Assembly: GCA_046318155.1 (NCBI GenBank)
Contig: JBKCUU010000041.1
Coordinates: 1 to 18,734 of the forward strand
DNA: 18,734 nt
From: Bdellovibrio sp.
GTDB taxonomy: Bacteria; Bdellovibrionota; Bdellovibrionia; Bdellovibrionales; Bdellovibrionaceae
Direction of reading: 5' to 3'
Positions 1 through 6,406 of the stretch are shown piece by piece (position 1 is the stretch's first letter; each line of letters starts with the position of its first letter). Below the pieces are notes generated by a model that did no database searches, was not told the DNA's origin, and was given only the letters and a program-made list of their open reading frames with translations. A program made the position numbers and the translations under genes.

Positions 1-98
1 GCTTTAGCTTAAGACGGGCACGGCCATCCATGGCCTCGAGCCGCCTGAATACCGCATCCTGCGGCGGCGGAGGCCCATCTTAAGCTAAAGCAGGATTT
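1..98 (+). repeat. Palindromic structured element A (long stem plus branched core); probably truncated by the window start
   Basis: 1-19 gctttagcttaagacgggc is the reverse complement of 73-91 gcccatcttaagctaaagc (18/19). The interior holds hairpins ggcca-tcca-tggcc (22-35) and ccgc-atcct-gcgg (52-64), the latter inside ccgcc(41-45)/ggcgg(66-70). The core is homologous to the reverse complement of 1740-1794. Confidence 0.8.
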
Positions 99-233
99 GC
101 AGTTCTGAAAAGGGATTCCCGAAGTTCCCGTCGCGAACAAAACCGAGATGTCTCCCGGGCTTTGGCTTGACCTCATTTCCAGCACAGTTGGGTGCGTAGA
201 GAATTAGAGTGTTTCTTGAAACGCCGTGGAGGA

Positions 234-261
234 TTGACAGGATTTTTTAAAGTGGAATACT
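234..261 (+). promoter_or_regulatory. Putative sigma70 promoter for the lipoprotein triplet
   Basis: Perfect TTGACA at 234-239, 16 nt spacer, then AATACT (256-261) preceded by TG at 253-254 (extended -10-like), ~20 nt before the ORF start. Confidence 0.45.
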
Positions 262-281
262 GAAGGCGATTTTGAATTGGG

Positions 282-788
282 GTGAACTTGGCGAATTTTA
301 TTCGGGGCTTTGTTGTTTTGAGTTTGGCGGGATTGCTCTCGTCTTGCGCTTTTCTTCATCATTATCAGCTTGGGGATATTGATTCGCGCAATGAGAAACA
401 GGTTTGGATCCCGTTTGATATTAAGATGAGCGAAGTCGGCGTCAGTGCTGAAGAGATTGGGGGGATTGCTCGCGCGGCCCAAACTCGTGGCGGCGATGAT
501 GTTAGTAATGTGGCTGCCGTGGTTTCGCTCTTTCAGATGGGCCCGCGTACCGGCAATCCCGTTTACGATGCAAGATATGCCGAAAAATTGATCTATGAAA
601 TTTATCAAAAGTGTCCGAGTGGACGTATCACAGGTCTGACTTCGATTCGGGAGATGCGCAAGTACCCCGTGATCTCTGGTGAGATCGTCAAGGTCACAGG
701 CTTCTGCGCTAAGGACCGTGTTGCTCGCAAATCCACCTCTGATGACCCTCAAATAACTGAGGACGACGCCGTCCCGGGAGATATTTAA
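282..788 (+). CDS. Hypothetical lipoprotein (C-x30-C family, paralog 1)
   Basis: 168 aa ORF with GTG start (TTG at 288 is an alternative). Signal peptide with lipobox LSSC; motif KCPSGRITG...VTGFC. The stop overlaps the next start (TAATG). Confidence 0.85.
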   Translation: MNLANFIRGFVVLSLAGLLSSCAFLHHYQLGDIDSRNEKQVWIPFDIKMSEVGVSAEEIGGIARAAQTRGGDDVSNVAAVVSLFQMGPRTGNPVYDARYAEKLIYEIYQKCPSGRITGLTSIREMRKYPVISGEIVKVTGFCAKDRVARKSTSDDPQITEDDAVPGDI

Positions 789-1123
789 TGTTGAAGTTCT
801 GGTCCCTCCTTCTTGTTTTGCCCTTGCTCGCTGGATGCGCGTCTGTCAACTCGGTCTCGATGACAACGATCCCAAAAGATCGCAATCAAGTGGTGCGGGC
901 TGAGGTCAGCAAAACCATTTTTTTGGCCTTCAACTTTGATAACGATTTTGTCGACCCTTTGGTCGAAAAATTAAAAGTCCAATGCCCGCAAGGGATCGTC
1001 ACCGGAATTTTGACCAAAGATGAAGTGATCAGCTACGTCCTCGTCCACACCCGCCGTGTGGTGGCGACTGGATTCTGCGTTAGCGGTCATGGCACTCAAG
1101 CTTCGGCGACGTCGAGGAATTAA
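788..1123 (+). CDS. Hypothetical lipoprotein (C-x30-C family, paralog 2)
   Basis: 111 aa; MLKFWSLLLVLPLLAGC with canonical lipobox LAGC; motif QCPQGIVTG...ATGFC; coupled to both neighbours. Confidence 0.87.
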   Translation: MLKFWSLLLVLPLLAGCASVNSVSMTTIPKDRNQVVRAEVSKTIFLAFNFDNDFVDPLVEKLKVQCPQGIVTGILTKDEVISYVLVHTRRVVATGFCVSGHGTQASATSRN

Positions 1124-1441
1124 ATGAAACTGAGCCACTCGATCCTCCCGCTGCTGTTGTTTTCATTGGGATGCGCGCACTCGATTCACGAAGTGCACGT
1201 GTCTGATTTCAATCCACCAGCAAAAGTTCAAAACGGCGATATCATCAAAGCCTCGACCGAACAATTTGTCGTTCTGGGATTCGTGACCCAAACCGATTAC
1301 GTCGACCAAGCAAAAACCCAGTTGCTCGCGGCATGCCCAAAGGGCCAAATCACAGGAATCACAACCCAGTACTCAACAAGCCTGGGCTTCTTCTCGTGGA
1401 CCAACAAAATCCTCATGCAGGGCCTCTGCCTCGAAAACTAA
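1124..1441 (+). CDS. Hypothetical lipoprotein (C-x30-C family, paralog 3)
   Basis: 105 aa; MKLSHSILPLLLFSLGC lipobox; motif ACPKGQITG...MQGLC; ATG immediately follows the previous TAA. Confidence 0.87.
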   Translation: MKLSHSILPLLLFSLGCAHSIHEVHVSDFNPPAKVQNGDIIKASTEQFVVLGFVTQTDYVDQAKTQLLAACPKGQITGITTQYSTSLGFFSWTNKILMQGLCLEN

Positions 1442-1446
1442 AATCC

Positions 1447-1465
1447 CGCCCTGATCCTCAGGGCG
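1447..1465 (+). other. GC-rich hairpin just downstream of the lipoprotein operon (possible 3' stabiliser or weak terminator)
   Basis: cgccctga-tcc-tcagggcg, perfect 8 bp stem, 5 nt after the stop codon; no U-tract. Confidence 0.45.
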
Positions 1466-1698
1466 CCGACCACTGAAGCCATCCAGAACCGAACCCGGAG
1501 TCACCCCGCAAGCCGTGGTGACTCTGATCCATTCGAAACGACCTCGTTTTTAGCCTCCAAATGCAGGGCCGAAGTTTTTGGGTTCTGCCGCGGGGGTTCT
1601 TTGGTTCCTGCTGGGAGAGGGCTCTCGGTCTTATTTTCAGCACAGTCAGATCCAAGCGCCCAAGATCCTCCGAACCAGACAGAGATCGATTTCTCGAA

Positions 1699-1835
1699 GG
1701 TTCTGGGAGTCTAAATCCTAAACTCCCTCCACCAAGGGGCTCCGCCCCCGCCTGGACGGCGGTATTCTGGGCGGCGTGAGGGCTGGAGGCCCGTCCCCTT
1801 GGTGGAGGGAGTTTAGGATTTAGACTCCCAGAACC
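1699..1835 (-). repeat. Palindromic structured element B (perfect 41 bp inverted repeat plus branched core), inverted relative to element A
   Basis: 1699-1739 ggttctgggagtctaaatcctaaactccctccaccaagggg is the exact reverse complement of 1795-1835. The 55 nt interior, read on the minus strand, aligns with the element A core. Confidence 0.9.
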
Positions 1836-1980
1836 CATGAGGAGCCGCAGCTCCGCCCGCGGCGAGGTCAAGGGGACGGGATAAACTATTTGATTTTGCG
1901 GGACTGGGGCGGTACGACCATCCTTCGGTTTTAATTAAAAAACCCCGTGTTTCGCAATTCAGCGAGACCGGTTTAAGTGG

Positions 1981-2001
1981 GGAACGAGATTGTCTCGTTC
2001 C
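1981..2001 (+). promoter_or_regulatory. Hairpin in the rplK leader (candidate part of an L1 autoregulatory site)
   Basis: ggaacgaga-ttg-tctcgttcc 9 bp stem just before the AGGAG/AGGA SD region. The position matches known L1 feedback on rplK-rplA, but the canonical L1-site internal loop is not clearly recognisable. Confidence 0.35.
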
Positions 2002-2021
2002 GTATGCAGGAGAGGATACAT

Positions 2022-2447
2022 ATGGCTAAAAAGGTCACAGGTATGATCAAGCTGCAGATTCCGGCAGGGAAAGCGAACCCCGCTCCTCCCGTGGGACCGG
2101 CACTTGGACAGCATGGTGTGAACATCATGGAGTTTTGTAAGCAGTTTAATGCCCGTACGCAGGCCTTAGGTGATTCGATCATCCCGATCATCATCACTGT
2201 TTATCAAGATCGTTCGTTCACATTCATCACCAAGACGCCTCCCGTGTCGAGTCTGCTGAAAAAGGCACTCAAATTGGAATCAGGTTCCAAGATGCCTCAG
2301 AAAGACAAGGTTGGAAAAGTGAAGTCGGCGGATATTCGTAAGATCGCCGAAACAAAACTTCCAGATCTCAACTGCATTAAAGTTGAATCTGCAATGTCTC
2401 AAGTTGCTGGCACTGCGAAAAGCATGGGCCTCGAGCTTGCGGATTAA
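2022..2447 (+). CDS. rplK: 50S ribosomal protein L11
   Basis: [46 protein letters not shown] signature. Start moved to ATG 2022, downstream of the purine-rich SD region; 141 aa. Confidence 0.99.
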   Translation: MAKKVTGMIKLQIPAGKANPAPPVGPALGQHGVNIMEFCKQFNARTQALGDSIIPIIITVYQDRSFTFITKTPPVSSLLKKALKLESGSKMPQKDKVGKVKSADIRKIAETKLPDLNCIKVESAMSQVAGTAKSMGLELAD

Positions 2448-2458
2448 GGTGGTGAATC

Positions 2459-3172
2459 ATGGCTGAAGGAAAACGTTTAAAAAACGCCCGTAAAAATATT
2501 GATTCACAAAAACGCTATTCAGTAGCTCCTGCTTTTGACTCTGTCATTGCAGCAGCCACTGCTAAATTTGACGAATCTGTTGATGTGGCTCTTCGCTTGG
2601 GTGTTGATCCCAAACAAGGGGACCAGCAAGTTCGTGGTGCGATCTCTTTGCCCAATGGTTTGGGTAAAAACGTTCGCGTCGTTGTTTTCGCTAAAGGACC
2701 CAAAGAGGCCGAAGCAAAAGCAGCCGGAGCTGACTTCGTCGGCGCTGATGACCTCGTTGCAAAAATCAACGAAGGCTGGCTCGAATTCGACAAAGCCATC
2801 GCGACTCCCGATATGATGGCAACTGTTTCTAAAGTTGCTAAAGTTCTGGGACCACGTGGTTTGATGCCGAATCCTAAAGTTGGAACCGTCACCATGAATG
2901 TGGGCGACGCAGTTGCAGCTGAGAAAAAAGGAAAATTGGACTACCGTATCGACAAAGCCGGAATCGTTCACGCGATGATCGGAAAAAAATCGATGGGGGC
3001 AGCAAAACTGCAAGAAAACTTTTGGGCACTCATGGGTTCGGTGATGAAAGCCAAGCCTTCGACGTCTAAAGGAGTTTACCTCCGTTCGGTGACTTTGTCG
3101 TCTACGATGGGCCCCGGTGTTGCGATTGACCCCAATGAAGTGGCCAACAGCAACTCGGAAAAAGAAGCGTAA
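2459..3172 (+). CDS. rplA: 50S ribosomal protein L1
   Basis: [34 protein letters not shown] and SSTMGPG motifs; SD AAGGTGGTG. Confidence 0.99.
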   Translation: MAEGKRLKNARKNIDSQKRYSVAPAFDSVIAAATAKFDESVDVALRLGVDPKQGDQQVRGAISLPNGLGKNVRVVVFAKGPKEAEAKAAGADFVGADDLVAKINEGWLEFDKAIATPDMMATVSKVAKVLGPRGLMPNPKVGTVTMNVGDAVAAEKKGKLDYRIDKAGIVHAMIGKKSMGAAKLQENFWALMGSVMKAKPSTSKGVYLRSVTLSSTMGPGVAIDPNEVANSNSEKEA

Positions 3173-3243
3173 GTTATTTTTGTTTTGGTTTGTTAGTTTT
3201 TAAAACTGAAGGCCTTCATAGAGGAGGTCTTCTTGACCTTGCG

Positions 3244-3364
3244 GTTAGAGACAGTCGGTGCCAAGCGCGTTTGGCCTAAAGACAGAGAGTTCGTTCTGTC
3301 GCCTACCTAGACGGGCAAGTGTGAGCTTGAAACTCCCACGCAGCCTGGGCAGCGATCGCTGCCC
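3244..3364 (+). promoter_or_regulatory. L10 leader (rplJ-rplL autoregulatory RNA)
   Basis: gagacagtcggtgcc...ggcctaaa-gacagagag-ttcg-ttctgtc-gcctacctagac resembles the L10-leader consensus (AGAC.GUAGG...UUAA...CCUAC..AG). It is followed by the palindrome gggcagcgatcgctgccc (3347-3364) and lies in the expected position before rplJ. Confidence 0.75.
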
Positions 3365-3402
3365 TGACAGCGAGTAAAAATTTAGAGAAAGGAGAATGCC
3401 GT

Positions 3403-3927
3403 ATGATGACTCGTGCTACAAAAGAGCAAGAAGTTAAAGCTTTGACGGAGAAATTCCAAAAAGCAAAAGCGGCCTTCCTCATCGATTTCAAAGGGATGAA
3501 AGTGGAGCAAGTCACACAGCTCCGTAAAAAGCTTCACCCCGTTGAGTCTGAGATGAAGGTTGTACGCAATACTCTTGCGAAACGAGCATTGAAAGATTAC
3601 CCCGAAATGGAAAAAGCCATTTCAGGATCTTTCAAAGGAACAAACGCGATTGTGTTTGCCTACGGAGATGTTTCAGCTTCTGCAAAGACGCTGGCGACAT
3701 TTGCGAAGGACGTTGAACTTCTTCAGCTGAAAACCGGTGTCATGGACAACCAGGCGATGGATGCTGGAAAAATCAACTTCTTGGCGACCCTGCCATCGAA
3801 AGATGTGCTCCGCGCTCAGTTCTTGGGTGTTTTGCAAGCCCCCGCATCGAAATTGGTTCGTACTTTCAACGAAGTACCTGCTGGTCTTGCGCGTGTGCTC
3901 AATGCAAAAGCCACTCAGGCTTCGTAA
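3403..3927 (+). CDS. rplJ: 50S ribosomal protein L10
   Basis: [29 protein letters not shown] and [13 protein letters not shown] motifs; SD AAAGGAG. The start could be 3403 or 3406. Confidence 0.98.
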   Translation: MMTRATKEQEVKALTEKFQKAKAAFLIDFKGMKVEQVTQLRKKLHPVESEMKVVRNTLAKRALKDYPEMEKAISGSFKGTNAIVFAYGDVSASAKTLATFAKDVELLQLKTGVMDNQAMDAGKINFLATLPSKDVLRAQFLGVLQAPASKLVRTFNEVPAGLARVLNAKATQAS

Positions 3928-4022
3928 ACAGAAACTTGGAATTTAGAATTGCAGCCTAAGGGCCGCTTAACTTTTTAAAAAATTTAGTGTTCAGGCGAAC
4001 ACACAGATTACAGGAGATTTAT

Positions 4023-4400
4023 ATGTCATTGACGAATGAGCAATTGGTTGAAGAGCTTTCTAAAAAAACAGTCATGGAGATCGCGGATCTCGTGAAAATG
4101 CTGGAAGAAAAATGGGGCGTTTCTGCTGCTGCTCCAGTAGCAGTCGCTGCTGCTGGTGGCGCTGCTGCAGGTGCACCTGCTGAAGAGAAAACGGCTTTTG
4201 ACGTGATCTTGAAAGACGCGGGCGCCAACAAAATCAACGTTATTAAAGAAGTCCGTGCTTTGACTGGCTTGGGTCTTGCTGAAGCAAAAGCGCTTGTTGA
4301 AGGCGCTCCCAAAACAGTAAAAGAAGGCGCGACTAAAGACGACGCTGATAAAATGAAAAAACAGCTCGAAGCAGCTGGCGCAAAAGTAGAAGTGAAGTAA
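4023..4400 (+). CDS. rplL: 50S ribosomal protein L7/L12
   Basis: [17 protein letters not shown] hinge and [23 protein letters not shown] 4023 after AGGAG; 125 aa. Confidence 0.99.
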   Translation: MSLTNEQLVEELSKKTVMEIADLVKMLEEKWGVSAAAPVAVAAAGGAAAGAPAEEKTAFDVILKDAGANKINVIKEVRALTGLGLAEAKALVEGAPKTVKEGATKDDADKMKKQLEAAGAKVEVK

Positions 4401-4433
4401 TTTTTTTCTGACTTGAGCGAACACTTATGTGTT

Positions 4434-4473
4434 TAAAAAACCCTCGGCTAAACCCCGGGGGTTTTTTATTTTT
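4434..4473 (+). terminator. Rho-independent terminator after rplL (likely bidirectional)
   Basis: taaaaaaccctcgg-ctaaacc-ccgggggtttttta hairpin flanked by A and T runs. Confidence 0.85.
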
Positions 4474-4541
4474 GCCAAAGGCCCTAAAGCCTGTTTTGAT
4501 TCCTTCACCAATCATCTGTTCAAAACGAACTCAGGGGCTTT

Positions 4542-5388
4542 ATGAAAAACCTTTGTTTTCTTTTATTTGCGGGCATTGTGTTTCTTCAAACGGGCTGCGC
4601 GATGATCAAAAAACTCACCTGCAATGAAGGCGTCGCCACTCGCAATGCCGAGAGTGATGTGAAAAACGGCAGCACCGATCAGCCCGGCATTCGCGGCGGC
4701 GAATCTTGTGACGGGGAGTATGGGCGTTCGCAATTTGAAAGCGACTATCGACGAGCGTACGCCGATACGGTGAAGAAAACCCGCATCGCTGAAAACGCGG
4801 TCAAAGCAGAGGCGGCGGAAGGAGATGCGGGCGCCACCGTTAAGCCTCAATTCAAACAATTTAAGTCTTGCAAAAAATGGCCTCTTACAAATCTCTCGTA
4901 GCCAGTTATCAGCGTGAATATTCACGCACTCGTTGCTCCGAGAAGCGCGCGGTCCTTGCGGCCGAAGATCTCGCAGGCAAAATGGAAGCATCAAACTTTG
5001 AAGCCACTTTTGCTTCTTGTGAGTCTTCGCACAAATCTTTGCAAGCCGCTTATGACTCTGTCTGCAAAGCTAGGTATGGACAGGCCGCAAAAGAAAAAAC
5101 TGAAGAATTCGTGTGCAACACCGGGACCTCAAGTTTTCTCTTTCAGAACCGACCCTACACGGCTTCGTGCCGAATTTTATCAGGCAAGGGTCAGCTCCAA
5201 GTCACGGTTTCAAATCCCCATGCGGCTCAGGTTTTGCTACTTACTACGACAGGTCTTTTCAACGCATGATGGACGACACTTCGCAAGAGGCGGTTCTTCT
5301 CAATGATGGCAACGCCAAAACTTCTAATAAAATGACACTTCCTCGTGATGCTGAATTTTGCCGGGCCGAGTTCGCAACAGTTCAGTAA
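4542..5388 (+). pseudogene. Frameshifted Cys-repeat lipoprotein gene (three overlapping fragments)
   Basis: Fragment 1 (4542-4901) has lipobox-like QTGC. Coding continues in the -1 frame at the A6 run 4872-4877 (SCKK|MASYKSL...) and again in the -1 frame near 5225-5245 (YYDRSFQR...LPRDAEFCRAEF, stop 5388). Joined product is about 280 aa. Confidence 0.7.
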
Positions 5389-5460
5389 ATTCGAAAAAAG
5401 TTTAAGTTCGAGGGCTGGGCGAACTAAGAATAATCAGAAGCTAAAGGCATTCGAAGCTGC

Positions 5461-6060
5461 CTAATCCTGATCTTTTTCCTTTTCTTTTTTCTTTGCTTTG
5501 AGCTCCAGCCTACATGAGGCGACCTTTTCCTGCATGTCTTCAGTGCGAACTTCCAAGACCGCTTTGTACTCACGGTAGCGAACCAAGCGGTCGTTCAAAA
5601 ACTCTTCAGTCAGGCCGGCAATCTTGCCTTTTTCGTCGAGGCCCATCTGAACTTTATCGGTATCCTGAATGACGTACTCCCGTTTTTCAGCCCATTTCAG
5701 TTTGCCGTCCTCTAAAAGTGACAACTGCTCGCGGCAATCTTTAAGAACACCCCAGTAGCCACGATTGTCTAAATAACGGGGACCGCCATAAAGAGCCGAC
5801 TCCATTTCGTGGGTCTTTATCTGCAAATTTCGAAGCTCCTCCGCAATCAGGACTTTCTTTTGGTAAATCATGTTGCCGTCCTTCACGCCAATCGAGGAGC
5901 GGTCGTTAATCGCCTCAGACTTTTCGATCGAGGCGTCTAAATCCTTGGCTTTGTTGGGGTTTGAGGCGCAGGCACCTAGAGCAAGCGCGGCCAAAATCAT
6001 GGGGGCAAGGGCGAGAGAGGGGCAAAGCGAGCGGCAAAGCGAGCGGTGAGCGAGAGTCAT
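5461..6060 (-). CDS. Hypothetical lipoprotein with helical/coiled-coil character
   Basis: Start reassigned to ATG 6060 (GGAGG SD 6 nt upstream); lipobox LGAC followed by ASNPNKAK; 199 aa; charged helical C-terminal half. Confidence 0.85.
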   Translation of the reverse strand: MTLAHRSLCRSLCPSLALAPMILAALALGACASNPNKAKDLDASIEKSEAINDRSSIGVKDGNMIYQKKVLIAEELRNLQIKTHEMESALYGGPRYLDNRGYWGVLKDCREQLSLLEDGKLKWAEKREYVIQDTDKVQMGLDEKGKIAGLTEEFLNDRLVRYREYKAVLEVRTEDMQEKVASCRLELKAKKKEKEKDQD

Positions 6061-6248
6061 CTGAGTCCTCCGGGACTGTTTTTTGGACTGCTTTTGAATG
6101 CAGATTGATACTAGAGTACTGTTGAAGCAAAGCTCGGGCGGCTCGAATTGTTTCAATGAAACAGCGTTTCTTGCTGGGGCGTCTTTGTGGCTTTTTGCAC
6201 ATAGACCGAGAGCGTCAATTACACCCTTTCAAAAATGGGGCCGAGCCT

Positions 6249-6277
6249 TTGACAAGGCCCTCATTTCAATGTTTTAT
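6249..6277 (+). promoter_or_regulatory. Candidate rpoBC promoter
   Basis: Perfect TTGACA at 6249-6254, but the hexamer at 17 nt (TTTTAT) is a poor -10. A promoter is expected because of the upstream terminator and the divergent gene. Confidence 0.35.
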
Positions 6278-6406
6278 GGCCGTTCGCCACAAAAATGTGG
6301 GGTCTCGAACTTCCTCCGCACAAAGAGTTCGCACTTTTTTCTTGAACGGCAATCAAGAAAACAAAAGTGGATCAGCAAATTGCTGTAACCTTCCGAAGGA
6401 GAGAGA

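Noticed and set aside
1..98. Elements A/B as tRNA or a known self-cleaving ribozyme
   Set aside because: No T-loop/D-loop consensus or CCA end and no hammerhead CUGANGA/GAAA core. Other Rfam families cannot be excluded without cmscan.
1458..1871. ORFs 1458-1871(-) and 1561-1779(+) sharing the peptide GSGSLNPKLPPPRG
   Set aside because: The shared peptide results from translating the two arms of the 41 bp inverted repeat. Composition is Pro/Arg-rich and there is no clear RBS.
4868..4880. Programmed frameshift or phase variation at the A6 run
   Set aside because: The run is short, there is no canonical slippery heptamer or obvious stimulator, and a second downstream disruption favours decay.
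6061..6156. N-terminal extensions in the ORF track (6156 start for the minus-strand lipoprotein; 1977, 3987 and 15470 starts for rplK, rplL and rpsL)
   Set aside because: Downstream ATGs have SD sequences and give the expected N-termini or signal-peptide position.
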